Shown here piece by piece: positions 1 to 9,834 of a stretch of 64,000 nt of DNA. Source of the stretch: Nitrospirota bacterium (GTDB taxonomy: Bacteria > Nitrospirota > UBA9217). Position numbers and translations under genes: made by a program. The notes under the pieces were generated by a model. It was not told where the DNA came from. It worked only from the letters and a program-made list of their open reading frames with translations, and searched no databases. Position 1 is the first letter of the stretch. The number at the start of each line of letters is the position of its first letter. Location of the stretch: assembly GCA_963796285.1 (NCBI GenBank), contig CAWCKW010000013.1, positions 512,001 to 576,000 of the forward strand, written 5' to 3'.

Positions 1-275
1 CGGACCGCCAGCGGTTCGTCAACGCCGCAGCGCCTGCACGACTGTTCGCAGGGATGGTGGCAGATCATGGAGCAGACCGACGCGATGGGATTCACCGACG
101 TGATGACCTCGAAGGCCTCGGTATACTTTCCCTGGGCGATCAGGCCGACATAGGCCTGCACATCCGTATGCGCCGGGCATGCCGCGCGGCACGGCGAGTA
201 GGGTCTCGTTTCCTTGATATCAGCGCCGTACGGCCGGTACTCGGTCGGGATGCATGTTGTTTCCGTTGCCATCAT
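1..275 (-). CDS. GltD/SudA-like FAD- and Fe-S-dependent oxidoreductase, N-terminal part (runs off window)
   Basis: Manual translation MMATETTCIPTEYRPYGADIKETRPYSPCRAACPAHTDVQAYVGLIAQGKY...NPIASVCSMICHHPCEQSCRR shows the PCxxxCP ... CxxxCxxPCExxC two-cluster signature. GGAG RBS upstream. Absent from the ORF track. Confidence 0.8.
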   Translation of the reverse strand, partial: MMATETTCIPTEYRPYGADIKETRPYSPCRAACPAHTDVQAYVGLIAQGKYTEAFEVITSVNPIASVCSMICHHPCEQSCRRCGVDEPLAV

Positions 276-299
276 TCACTCCTGCCATGAAATATATTT

Positions 300-397
300 A
301 CCACGGAGGCGCGGAGACGCGGAGGAAAAACTCTGGATTCCCGCATTCGAGGGAATGACGGTTTTCATTCCGAAATCCGCAATCCGAATTCCGCAAT
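300..397. repeat. Intergenic repeat cluster: 9-mer repeat, ATTCCC-N8-GGGAAT palindrome (dRS3/REP-like) and CCGCAAT-type heptamer array
   Basis: CACGGAGGC GCGGAGACG CGGAG; CTGGATTCCCGCATTCGAGGGAATGAC; CCGAAAT CCGCAAT CCGAATT CCGCAAT. Confidence 0.65.
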
Positions 398-399
398 TG

Positions 400-963
400 C
401 TACTCTTTCTTCGTCAACAGTTCAAGCATCTCCATGCGCGTGGACTCCTTGGTGCGGAAGCTGCCGCGCACCGCCGACGTCACTACCCGGGATCCCGGCT
501 TCTTCACGCCGCGCATGCTCATGCACAAATGCTCTGCGTCGATGACCACCATCGCGCCCTTGGGTTTGAGGTGTTCGACGATCAGATCGATGAACTGGGC
601 CGTGAGCCGCTCCTGCACCTGCGGCCGTTTTGCAAACACCTCAAGCGCTTTTGCCAGCGAGCTTATCCCCACGATCTTCCCGGCGCCGGGGATGTACGCG
701 ATGTGCGCCTTGCCGAAGAACGGCAACAAGTGGTGCTCACACACCGAGTAGAACGGGATGTCGCGGATCATCACCATTTCATCGTGGCTCTCGCCTGCCA
801 TGGGGATCAGCAGCTTTTCCGTGTCCATGGAGATGCCGGAAAAGATCTCCCCGAACATCTCAGCCATGCGCGCGGGCGTGTCTTTCATCCCCGGCCGCTC
901 GGGGTCTTCGCCGATGCCTTCGATGATGAGGCGAACGCCTTTTTCTATTTTTTTAGTATCCAT
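400..963 (-). CDS. folE: GTP cyclohydrolase I
   Basis: [21 protein letters not shown] and [10 protein letters not shown] motifs. Start placed at MDTKK. Confidence 0.95.
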   Translation of the reverse strand: MDTKKIEKGVRLIIEGIGEDPERPGMKDTPARMAEMFGEIFSGISMDTEKLLIPMAGESHDEMVMIRDIPFYSVCEHHLLPFFGKAHIAYIPGAGKIVGISSLAKALEVFAKRPQVQERLTAQFIDLIVEHLKPKGAMVVIDAEHLCMSMRGVKKPGSRVVTSAVRGSFRTKESTRMEMLELLTKKE

Positions 964-1073
964 AAGGGGGTACAGCCAGGCACGAAATCCCAATCTCTCA
1001 AATAAATTTCAAATCACGCTATCTCAACTCGTGAGATCGTATTCCCGGGGTCTTATACTCGATTTGACGCCTG

Positions 1074-1631
1074 CTAATGGGAATTTGCTTCTATTACCCT
1101 TCTTTCCGTCACAATCTTCTTGATCGGGACATCGTGCATCTCCGTTGGAACGTTTGGTACGATCTGGAATTCGAAGGCCAGCGCAACGGTCATCTTCTTG
1201 AACGCGGAAAGAAGCTTGTCGTAAAACCCGGCGCCGTATCCCGCGCGGTTGCCTTGCTCGTCATAAGCCGCACCGGGGACGATGATGAGGTCGATCTCTT
1301 CGAGCGTGACCGGCCTGGTCTCATGGGGCTCAAGGATCCCCCACGTGCCGGGAGACACATCCTTGTCCAGGTCCGATATTTCGTGCAGGACCAATTCCGT
1401 GCCCTTTACTTTCGGAAGGCAAACCCTCTTGCCAAAGGCCAATGCGCGCCGGATCATCGGACCCGTATCCACTTCACTCCGGAACGATGCAAAGAACAGG
1501 ACAATACGCGCAGACTTGAATTCGGAAAGTGAAAAGAGCCGCTCCTCGATCTCACGGCTTTTCGCCATTCTCTTCCCCGGCGAAAGCGTGTCCCGTGCAG
1601 CGAGTACCTTTTTCCTGATCTCTTTTTTCAC
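1074..1631 (-). CDS. 5-formyltetrahydrofolate cyclo-ligase
   Basis: FRSEVDT, DLIIVPGAAYD and RAGYGAGFYD motifs. Confidence 0.92.
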   Translation of the reverse strand: MKKEIRKKVLAARDTLSPGKRMAKSREIEERLFSLSEFKSARIVLFFASFRSEVDTGPMIRRALAFGKRVCLPKVKGTELVLHEISDLDKDVSPGTWGILEPHETRPVTLEEIDLIIVPGAAYDEQGNRAGYGAGFYDKLLSAFKKMTVALAFEFQIVPNVPTEMHDVPIKKIVTERRVIEANSH

Positions 1632-1640
1632 GTGAAGGAA

Positions 1641-2420
1641 TTACTTCTTCATCAACCGGTCGAGCGAGGCCTTGATGACCTTCGCTTCATCCACGGCACG
1701 AGGTGAGGCATCGTAGGGCGAACTGCCGTTTATGTCCGCCTTGACTGTGTCGTCGCTGTAACTCATGAACCCAAGGACCTTCATGCCGGTGAGGTGTTTC
1801 GCGATGAACTCCTTGTCCGCATCCTGCTTGATCTTGTTGCCGACGACGAAGACATCCTTGATGCCGAGCCCCTTTGCAAGGCTCTCCACGTGACGCGCGG
1901 TCTGCAGGCTCCGCTGGCCGGGCTCCACGACAACGATAAATGCGTTCACGCCGCTGGCGGTGCCGCGGGTCAGGTGTTCGATGCCCGCCTCCATGTCAAG
2001 GATGACCACCTCGTCAAGCCGCAGGATAAGGTGACTGATAAGACGGCGCAGCAGCACGTGTTCAGGGCAATAGCAGCCTGCCGCGGCCTCCTTCGATTTC
2101 CCCATGACAAGAAGCCGCACGCCCTCGTGCTGGATCCCGTAGGCCTCCGGGATATCGTCCACCTTCGGATTGATGCTGAACATGCCGCCGGGAGCGCCGG
2201 GACGGGAGCCGGTGCGCTCCTCGATCATGTCCGACTGCTCGGCAAGCGGCAGGGCCTTTGACGCGACCTCAGGCGAGATCCCGAGCGCAGAGGCCAGGTT
2301 CGCATCCGGATCAGCGTCAACGGCAAGGACCTTTTTGCCCTCAGCTGCGTAGAGCCGCGCCAAAAGGCCTGCCAGTGTTGTTTTCCCTACACCGCCTTTG
2401 CCGGTAATTGCGATCTTCAC
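1641..2420 (-). CDS. cooC: CooC/AcsF-type nickel-insertion ATPase for CO dehydrogenase
   Basis: GKGGVGKTT deviant Walker A, DADPDANL, GCYCP Ni-binding CxC, DMEAGIEHL. GTG start at 2420. Confidence 0.9.
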   Translation of the reverse strand: MKIAITGKGGVGKTTLAGLLARLYAAEGKKVLAVDADPDANLASALGISPEVASKALPLAEQSDMIEERTGSRPGAPGGMFSINPKVDDIPEAYGIQHEGVRLLVMGKSKEAAAGCYCPEHVLLRRLISHLILRLDEVVILDMEAGIEHLTRGTASGVNAFIVVVEPGQRSLQTARHVESLAKGLGIKDVFVVGNKIKQDADKEFIAKHLTGMKVLGFMSYSDDTVKADINGSSPYDASPRAVDEAKVIKASLDRLMKK

Positions 2421-2445
2421 ATACAGCTCCTCGAAAGCAGGTGAC

Positions 2446-2476
2446 CAAAATAACATCTATGAAGCTGGAGTGTCAA
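2446..2476 (-). promoter_or_regulatory. sigma70-like promoter of the cooC operon
   Basis: Minus strand TTGACA-17/18 bp-TATTTT (TTGACACTCCAGCTTCATAGATGTTATTTT) just upstream of cooC. Confidence 0.5.
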
Positions 2477-2789
2477 GGCTTTTTTGATGCGCCCAGACAG
2501 GGCATTTGAGCTATGAGAACATTGAATTCTTCTCACGAGGGGCAGAAAAAGTTTGGCCCTCAGACAAGAGACCAGGAGGTACTGGATTAAGAAGAAGAAT
2601 AAATAATTTTATCTGATTTCGCTGAGTAGCACCTGCTGTTGGCATCCGGTAACCCGGTAAATCTTTTCCGGTTTGTCCGGGCATGGGGTCAAGACGGCAT
2701 TCTCCCTGCGGACCTACAGGTTCGTGAGTCAATTCGCGCCCTCTCCGCCTTGCTTTTAGAAAGCAAAGGTGTTACATTCGTGAACCAGT

Positions 2790-3851
2790 ATGGACATTCC
2801 GAAGATCAACATAAAATCCATGGCCCGGGACGAACTCCAGGCCAAACTTCTCGGCATGGGGCTTAAAAAATATCGCGCCGGCCAGGTCCTTACGTGGGTA
2901 TACACGCATTACGCCCGGTCCTTCGAGGAGATGACAAACATTCCGAAAGCGGAGCGCGGCCTTCTTTCGTCCGTCTTTTCTATCTCAACACCGAACATTG
3001 TCAAAACGGAGATCTCAAAAGACTGCACAAGAAAGTTTCTTTTTACACTGGAAGACATGCATACCATCGAGAGCGTCCTGATCCCCGACGAGGACCGGCA
3101 GACGCTCTGCATATCGTCGCAGGTGGGCTGCCAGCAAGCGTGCCGTTTCTGTCTCACCGGAAGGGGGGGCATTACGAGAAATCTCACGGCCTGCGAGATC
3201 GTTGACCAGGTGCTGGAAATATCGCGCATCCTGCAGCACGAGGGAAAACGGCGCATCACGAACATCGTGCTCATGGGCATGGGAGAGCCGATGGCAAACT
3301 TTGATGAGGTTCTTAAAGCGTTGCAGGTGATCACCTCGGACAAGGGATTAGGATTTGCCACGCGACGCGTAACCGTTTCAACAGCCGGACTGGTCCCGGA
3401 AATCGAAAGACTGGGAAGATCAGGCGTGAAGGTGAACCTCGCCATCTCGCTCAACGCCACGACCGACGAGGTGCGGGACAGGATCATGCCCGTGAACCGG
3501 CGCTACCCGATCAGGGAGCTCCTGGCCGCCTGCCGGCACTATCCGCTCGAACCGAGACGCAGGATCACCTTTGAATATGTGATGCTCAAGGGGGTAAATG
3601 ACACCGTGGAGGATGCGCAGCGGCTTGCGAAACTGCTGAAGGGCATCAAAGGCAAGGTGAACCTCATTCCCTTCAATCCCTTTCCCGGGAGCGGATTTGA
3701 AAGGCCTGATGATACAACCGTGCGCCGTTTTCAAAAGATCCTGCTGGATAACTTTTATATCACGCCGGTACGCGAGTCGCGCGGCAGGGACATCTCCGCG
3801 GCCTGCGGGCAGTTGAGGGAGAGGGAAGCTGCGGGATCACAACAAAGCTGA
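2790..3851 (+). CDS. rlmN: 23S rRNA/tRNA m2A radical SAM methyltransferase
   Basis: CISSQVGCQQACRFC (CxxxCxxC), MGMGEP, ISAACGQL. Confidence 0.95.
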   Translation: MDIPKINIKSMARDELQAKLLGMGLKKYRAGQVLTWVYTHYARSFEEMTNIPKAERGLLSSVFSISTPNIVKTEISKDCTRKFLFTLEDMHTIESVLIPDEDRQTLCISSQVGCQQACRFCLTGRGGITRNLTACEIVDQVLEISRILQHEGKRRITNIVLMGMGEPMANFDEVLKALQVITSDKGLGFATRRVTVSTAGLVPEIERLGRSGVKVNLAISLNATTDEVRDRIMPVNRRYPIRELLAACRHYPLEPRRRITFEYVMLKGVNDTVEDAQRLAKLLKGIKGKVNLIPFNPFPGSGFERPDDTTVRRFQKILLDNFYITPVRESRGRDISAACGQLREREAAGSQQS

Positions 3852-3976
3852 CAGACGCGGTTTTTTTGCAGCCGGACGTACGGCGCTTCCTGCCATATGC
3901 ATACGCCAGCACAACAAAGGACGAAAAACATTTCGTCTCTCGTCCATCATTCTGCCCGTTGTTTTTTATTTCACGA

Positions 3977-4354
3977 TCATTTATTGCCCAATATCTGGTT
4001 CACGATGCTCAGAAGGTCCGCTGTCTGGATCGGTTTAGGAACGTAGGCATTGGCGCCCAGGGCGAGTCCGCGCTTGCGGTCCTCATCCGCGCCTTCCGTC
4101 GTAATGATGATGATGGGGATGGCCTTGTGCGCGGGGTCGTTCCGCACCATGGAGACAAGCTTGAGGCCGTCCATGATCGGCATGTTGATGTCCGTCAGGA
4201 TCATATCGAATTTGTGGGTCGAAAGCTTTTTGAGTGCGTCAATGCCGTCATTGGCCTCGACGATCTTGCTGCCCGGGATGCGCTTCAAGGCAAAGGAGAT
4301 CAATTGCCGCATCGTCGGGGAATCTTCAACCACCAGAAATGTATGCTCGGGCAT
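3977..4354 (-). CDS. cheY: CheY-like single-domain response regulator
   Basis: VVEDS, TDINMP, KP receiver motifs. Last gene of the che operon. Confidence 0.85.
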   Translation of the reverse strand: MPEHTFLVVEDSPTMRQLISFALKRIPGSKIVEANDGIDALKKLSTHKFDMILTDINMPIMDGLKLVSMVRNDPAHKAIPIIIITTEGADEDRKRGLALGANAYVPKPIQTADLLSIVNQILGNK

Positions 4355-4368
4355 TTTCTAACCTCCGT

Positions 4369-5196
4369 TTATTTGTCCTTGAGCAGATCGAGAAAACTCT
4401 GGATCGTTGTGAGCTTGCGTTCGGACTGCGAATAAAGCTTTGAAGAAAAGAGCGCCGTGGCCGCGTGACCCGCAAGCATGGTAAACAATTCGTAGTCCAC
4501 GGGGGAAAACGCTTCCTTCTGGACCAGAAGCTTGTAAATAACGATTATGCCGATCACGTGCTCCTTGATTTTGAGCGGGATCACGACAAGCGGGTGAAGA
4601 TAATCGACGCCCTTCAGGTCCTTGGGATCCCCTGTGCGGTAGAACGACTCGCCCGTTTTCGCTGCACTTCCGATGATCCCCTCACCCAGCTTGATGCTTG
4701 CCCGCGCTTCCGGCCCCATGCCTTCCTGGGCAACGATCGTCAGTTCATTCGTCTTTTCGTCGAGCATCATGATCGAGAACTCCTCTGCGCCGATGAGGTT
4801 CATAACGATCTCGAGGATGATCTTGAGGCATTCGCTGAAGTCGAGTGTTGAATGAAGCTGATAACTCGCCACATAAAGGTTTGCCAGGTTATTGTTCTCC
4901 GTCTCCACCTCTATGTAACGGTTCGCGAAATCCTTGTTTTCCTCTTCTACCACGTGGTAACGGTCGATGAGCTGTCTATTTTCATCTTCAAGAAACTTGA
5001 TCCGCTCTTCCAGACTATGCGATCTGAAATTGCCTTCTCTGTCCGTGAACTTGGTCATTTCCTCTAACTGGGCGATCCGGTATCTGAGCTTCTCGTTCTC
5101 TTTCAAGAGTTCCTGGGTGAATTCCTCGCCCTTTTTAAAGACCTGAAGAAACTCTTCAACCTTCTTGGAAATCAGTGCGGGGTCCTTTTCCATCAT
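4369..5196 (-). CDS. Coiled-coil + GAF domain protein
   Basis: N-terminal charged heptad pattern. C-terminal GAF-like GEGIIGSAAKTGE...PLKIKEHVIGII...MLAGHAATAL. GAGGAGG RBS before MMEKD. Confidence 0.75.
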   Translation of the reverse strand: MMEKDPALISKKVEEFLQVFKKGEEFTQELLKENEKLRYRIAQLEEMTKFTDREGNFRSHSLEERIKFLEDENRQLIDRYHVVEEENKDFANRYIEVETENNNLANLYVASYQLHSTLDFSECLKIILEIVMNLIGAEEFSIMMLDEKTNELTIVAQEGMGPEARASIKLGEGIIGSAAKTGESFYRTGDPKDLKGVDYLHPLVVIPLKIKEHVIGIIVIYKLLVQKEAFSPVDYELFTMLAGHAATALFSSKLYSQSERKLTTIQSFLDLLKDK

Positions 5197-5318
5197 GCCC
5201 TCCTCGTACGGCCGCTCAGGTGACCGAAACTGCCGTAGCAAACAATATGCAACACCGTCATTATAGGTGAGTCTTAAAAAATTATCAAGAAAGAATTCTT
5301 ATAAATCGGCTCCATTCA

Positions 5319-6401
5319 TCACTCAGTCGACGGGGAACTGCAGCGCGCCGCGATCTCTCCTGCCATCTTGCCGAGCACCAGCACCTTGTCCACCACACCC
5401 GTGCGAATCGCCTCCTGTGGCATGCCGAAGACAACGGCGCTCTCTTTGCTCTCGGCGAGGCACTGCCCCCCCTTGTTCTTGATGGCGATGATTCCTTGGA
5501 CGCCGTCATTGCCCATACCGGTCAGCACGACGCCGAGGGTCGCTGGTCCGCAGGCCTCGGCAACGGAAACCATCATCTGGTCGGCGGAAGGACTGTACCG
5601 GTCAGATGAGCTCTGCTGGGCAAGGTTGACCATGAGCCCACCGCGGGTCCTCTTAACAATGAGGTGATGCCCGCCTGGGGCAATGAGCACCGTCCCCGCT
5701 TTCACCCGGTCCCCGTTCGCGGCCTCGCTTACCATGAGCGGCGAGAGCTTGTTCAGCCGCTCGGAAAAGCTTCGGGTGAATCCGGCGGGCATGTGCTGGG
5801 AGATCACGATACCGGCGTTGAGGTCGGCAGGGAGCGCGGTCAAGATCGCCTGGATCGCCGGCGGCCCGCCGGTGGAGGATGCGACCGCCACCACCTCGAC
5901 CGGGCCGGCTTCCCGCGGCATCTCGTCCTCTTTCCTCGCCGGAAGCGGAACATACTCACGGGCAAGAAGATCGACCGTGGACTTGACCTTCTTCATTTCG
6001 AGGTTTAATACCGTGTGGACCTTGGACACCAGCGTGTCCCTGACTCCCTCGATGCTCTTTGAAATGCGGGCCTCGGGCTTGGCCAGAAAGTCGACGGCAC
6101 CAAGCTCAAGGGCGCGAAAAACGCTGTGGCTGTCGGAAAGTGACGAGAGCACCAGGACGGGCGTGGGCCGCTCTTTCATGAGCCACCGCAGGAACGTAAA
6201 TCCGTCCATGTTCGGCATTTCGAGGTCGAGGGTGATTACATCGGGCATGAGGCGGAGCGTCTTCGCGATGGCGTCAACTCCATCCGTTGCGCTCCCGACC
6301 ACTTCGATCTCCGCGTCGCTCGCGAGCATTTCCCCGATCACCGTGCGATTGTATGCCGAATCGTCGACAACAAGGGCCTTGATCTTTTTCATAACGGTCA
6401 T
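5319..6401 (-). CDS. cheB: Chemotaxis methylesterase (REC + esterase)
   Basis: Receiver LDLEMP. Catalytic SSTGGP, QHMP and LTGMGNDG. Confidence 0.95.
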   Translation of the reverse strand: MTVMKKIKALVVDDSAYNRTVIGEMLASDAEIEVVGSATDGVDAIAKTLRLMPDVITLDLEMPNMDGFTFLRWLMKERPTPVLVLSSLSDSHSVFRALELGAVDFLAKPEARISKSIEGVRDTLVSKVHTVLNLEMKKVKSTVDLLAREYVPLPARKEDEMPREAGPVEVVAVASSTGGPPAIQAILTALPADLNAGIVISQHMPAGFTRSFSERLNKLSPLMVSEAANGDRVKAGTVLIAPGGHHLIVKRTRGGLMVNLAQQSSSDRYSPSADQMMVSVAEACGPATLGVVLTGMGNDGVQGIIAIKNKGGQCLAESKESAVVFGMPQEAIRTGVVDKVLVLGKMAGEIAARCSSPSTE

Positions 6402-6423
6402 CCTTTTCCAGCCGGCTCGTTGC

Positions 6424-7290
6424 TCACGTCCCTGCCCTCGTCCGGAGCGGCTTCTGATAAACCATGTCATTCTTGAGTGTGCGGAGCACGAACGCATTCG
6501 AGATGTTGATCAGTGATTCGGAGTGACCGAGAAGCAGGTAGCCGCCTTCGCGGAGCTTATTCGAGAAACTCTCGATCACCTTTTTCTTGGCTTCTTTGTC
6601 AAAATAAATGATCACGTTCCGGCAAAAGATGATGTCCATGTTGCTGATCATGCTTGTCTTGGCCGGATCAAGCAGGTTCACTGAGCTGAATGAAACGAGC
6701 TCTTTGACCTTATCAACGATCCGGTAATCGCCCTTGTCCTCTTCGATGAAATACTTCGCCAGCATCTCCGGCTTCGTCACGCGGTGCGCGCCCTTCTTAT
6801 ACACACCCTTGCGCGCAGTGTGCAGGACCCGCTGGTTGATGTCGCTGCCAAGGATCTCCACCTGCCAATCGCTCCACCAGCCCCCGGATTCGAGCAGCAG
6901 CATGGCGATGGTGTAGGGTTCTTCTCCCGTGGAACAGCCGGCGCTCCAGATCCTGAGGATTTTCCGGTCGGCAAGAACTGTTCGCAGTTCGGGGAGGATC
7001 TCTTCGGAAAAAGCGCGAAGCTGCGGGCTTTCACGGAAGAAATAGGTCTCATTCGTGGTGAGGTTGTCCACAAGAATGGTGAGCTCTTCCTCCCGCTTTC
7101 GGTCATAGCGGAGGAAGTGATAGTACTCCTCGAAGGTCTTGAGCCGATGCTGCTCAAGCCGCCGGGAAAGCCGGCGTTCAAGAAGAAACTTGGAAGCATC
7201 GTCAAAAAATATCCCACAGTAGCCGTGGATAAAATCACGAAGAAGCCTGAACACATCGTCCGGCAGCGGAATGGTCTTCTCTTCAAACAT
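6424..7290 (-). CDS. cheR: Chemotaxis methyltransferase
   Basis: TTNETYFFRE, WSAGCSTGEEPY, IFCRNVIIYF, LLGHSE. Confidence 0.95.
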   Translation of the reverse strand: MFEEKTIPLPDDVFRLLRDFIHGYCGIFFDDASKFLLERRLSRRLEQHRLKTFEEYYHFLRYDRKREEELTILVDNLTTNETYFFRESPQLRAFSEEILPELRTVLADRKILRIWSAGCSTGEEPYTIAMLLLESGGWWSDWQVEILGSDINQRVLHTARKGVYKKGAHRVTKPEMLAKYFIEEDKGDYRIVDKVKELVSFSSVNLLDPAKTSMISNMDIIFCRNVIIYFDKEAKKKVIESFSNKLREGGYLLLGHSESLINISNAFVLRTLKNDMVYQKPLRTRAGT

Positions 7291-9285
7291 TTATCTCCCC
7301 AATGCCTCTTTCGCCGTCTGCCGTACCGCCGTATCCGGGTCACCGTCGGCAATTTTCGCAAGGATCGCCTCGACCGACGTATCCTGCCTGTGCTTGAGCG
7401 CCTCGACCGCGGCCTTCCGCACGCTCCAGTGCGGGTCCGACAATCGTGCTATCACGGCACGAAGCACTTCCTCCCCATCGTAACCGGCAAGGGCAACGAG
7501 CACTGTCTTGCGCACTTCAGGGTCCTCGTGATCGATCAATTTCAGGAGCGGGCTGAGTGCCTGCCTGAAGTGAAGCTTGCCCAGTACTTCCACGAGAGCA
7601 AGGAGAAATATATCGGACGCGTTGCCGAGATGCCCCACGAGAACCTGGCCGGCCTTATTGCCGCCGATCCGACCCAACCCCCGTGCTGCGGCCGCCCTGA
7701 CCCAGAGGTCTGTGTCCACCAGCAGGGCAATGAGGGCTTCCTGTGCCCCAGGCGCGTCCGAAGTGCCGAGCGCTTCTGCTGCCAGCATTCTGACCTCGGG
7801 ATCATCATCGGTGGTTGCCAGCAGGAGAGGCCGGAGCGACTTGGGGCCGGAAGCGTTCCCGAGCGCTTTGACCACGGCCTTCCGGACGTCCGGCTCCTCG
7901 TCCTTAAGGGCGAAGGCAAGGGCGTCCACGGCCTTTTCCGTTGTAAATTTTCCGAGCAACTGTGCGATGTTCCTGCGCAGAAAGGCATCGCGGGAAGAGA
8001 ATTCTTTTATCAGCCCGTCAAGCATGGACTCATCGCCGATCTCGGACAGAGCATGGATCGCGGTATCCTGCACGTTCTCATATTCATCGGAAAGCAGGTT
8101 AAGGAGCGGCGCGACCGCCTTCCTGCTCTTCAGCCGACCGAGGGTGGCCGCCGCAGTGCTCCGCACATGGCCGTTCTCGTCCCGGAGAAGGGGGAGCAGA
8201 GACTCCTCAGCCTCAGCACAGGCAACCTCTCCCAACGCGTGTGCAACGGTCCGGCGAATCAGCGCATTGTCACTTGCAAGGTAGGGGATTAGAAAGCCCG
8301 CATGGTCCTTGTCGATGTGCGTGAGTGTCTGCGCCACGTACTCCTGGAGTTCTTCCTCATTCAAAAGAGAGAGCAACTTCCGGATCGAATGTTCCCGCCC
8401 GGACCAGCCGAGGAGGGCGATCGTCGCTTTTTGAAGATCGCCGGTGCTCGTGGTGAGGATCTCCTCCAGATTATTCACGGCACTCTCGCTTATCCGTGAG
8501 CGCACCGCCTCGATGATCTTCAACCGATCTAGTCCGGTGCTCTTGCGGTAGACCGCGGTGATCGCCACAATCGACACTTCGCGCACGATCCTGAGCGGGT
8601 CGGCAAGGCTTACAATAAGCGGATCAATGGTGTTTGCATCGCCGATCTTGCCGAGCGACTCGAGGACCGGCTCCCGGAGAGTGCTCCGGTCGAGCGCCGC
8701 AAGAAGCGGCCCAAGCGCTCGCCCATCACCGATCTCGCCGAGCGCTTCGGCCGCTGCGTAGTCGATCCAGCCTTGGTCGTAACGGCTCAGACAGCCCAGC
8801 AGGGCGTCCACTGCCCGGGGATCACGGATCTTTCCGAGGGCCTCGGCTGCGGCCACCCGGATATTCTCGTCAGCGTCCTCGACGAGCCTGGTGATCAGCT
8901 CGGTCACGGCCCGGGGATCCCTGATGTCGCCGAGAATATCGACGACGAACTTCCGCACATCCGGGTCCGGTATCGTGAGAACGGGAAGCAGCGTCTCCAG
9001 CGTCGGCCCTCCAATCTGAATAAGGGCTTCAATCGCCGAGTTCCTGGCGCCGGCGTTGTCCTCGGTCTTCAGCGCCCCGATCAGCCCGGTGATGACACGT
9101 TCCCCTCCGATCGCCACCAGCGCCTCAACCGCGGTCTTCCGCACCCGCCAGTCCTTGTCTGCCATGGCGCGAAAGAGCAGGGGAACTGCCTCCTCACCCG
9201 CACGGCCGAGATCAACGGCAACTTCCCGCCGCTCTTCCGCATCGCTGCTCTGAAGCTGATTGCCTAATGCTTCAAGATCCGCCAT
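7291..9285 (-). CDS. HEAT/PBS-lyase repeat protein
   Basis: Many DxxVRxxAAxALG repeats across 664 aa. Confidence 0.9.
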   Translation of the reverse strand: MADLEALGNQLQSSDAEERREVAVDLGRAGEEAVPLLFRAMADKDWRVRKTAVEALVAIGGERVITGLIGALKTEDNAGARNSAIEALIQIGGPTLETLLPVLTIPDPDVRKFVVDILGDIRDPRAVTELITRLVEDADENIRVAAAEALGKIRDPRAVDALLGCLSRYDQGWIDYAAAEALGEIGDGRALGPLLAALDRSTLREPVLESLGKIGDANTIDPLIVSLADPLRIVREVSIVAITAVYRKSTGLDRLKIIEAVRSRISESAVNNLEEILTTSTGDLQKATIALLGWSGREHSIRKLLSLLNEEELQEYVAQTLTHIDKDHAGFLIPYLASDNALIRRTVAHALGEVACAEAEESLLPLLRDENGHVRSTAAATLGRLKSRKAVAPLLNLLSDEYENVQDTAIHALSEIGDESMLDGLIKEFSSRDAFLRRNIAQLLGKFTTEKAVDALAFALKDEEPDVRKAVVKALGNASGPKSLRPLLLATTDDDPEVRMLAAEALGTSDAPGAQEALIALLVDTDLWVRAAAARGLGRIGGNKAGQVLVGHLGNASDIFLLALVEVLGKLHFRQALSPLLKLIDHEDPEVRKTVLVALAGYDGEEVLRAVIARLSDPHWSVRKAAVEALKHRQDTSVEAILAKIADGDPDTAVRQTAKEALGR

Positions 9286-9808
9286 GACTCGCCTCCGCCA
9301 GCGCTGATCGCTCCTGCTGGCTCAGGATCATCGAGCTGTCGATGAGAATGATGAGCCGGTCACTTACCTTGCCCATGCCGGTTATAAACCCGGCATGCTG
9401 TCCCCGCGCGGCCTCAGGTGCTGGTTCTATGTCCTTCCGGTTGATATGGAGCACTTCCTGCACGCTGTCCACCACCATCCCGAGCAGTTCCCTGCCCGCT
9501 CTTGATGTTCCGGGAATGGCCCCCTTCGTGATCAGCATACGCATCTTTTTTGGATTATCGACGATCCGGGTAAGGGCAAAGCGCTTCCGCAGGTCTACGA
9601 TCGGGATAATCATACCGCGAAGATTGACCACACCCTCAATGAACTCCGGCATTTGCGGCAGCGGTTTGATCTTGAGCGGACGGATCACCTCGGTTATGCA
9701 CCGGATGTCCACACCAAACTCCTCATCTCCGACCTGGAACGTCACGAACTGGACCACGTCGTCGTCAACCGTGGCAACCTTTTTCTCTTTCGATAGCATG
9801 CTTTTCAC
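9272..9808 (-). CDS. cheW: CheW adaptor
   Basis: FGVDI...GVVNLRGMIIPIVDLR...GMVVDSV. Confidence 0.9.
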   Translation of the reverse strand: MKSMLSKEKKVATVDDDVVQFVTFQVGDEEFGVDIRCITEVIRPLKIKPLPQMPEFIEGVVNLRGMIIPIVDLRKRFALTRIVDNPKKMRMLITKGAIPGTSRAGRELLGMVVDSVQEVLHINRKDIEPAPEAARGQHAGFITGMGKVSDRLIILIDSSMILSQQERSALAEASHGGS

Positions 9809-9834
9809 AACGCTTGCCCCCTGGCCCCCGAGTG

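Noticed and set aside
2480-2790. Possible 6S RNA or folate/ZTP riboswitch near the cyclo-ligase and folE operon
   Set aside because: No consensus could be matched by eye, and cooC rather than a spacer lies upstream of the cyclo-ligase. An Rfam scan would be needed.
6784-8292. 502-aa plus-strand ORF and the many other long antisense ORFs over MCP, cheA, ftsK and romR genes
   Set aside because: Shadow frames of GC-rich genes on the opposite strand, with no recognisable motifs
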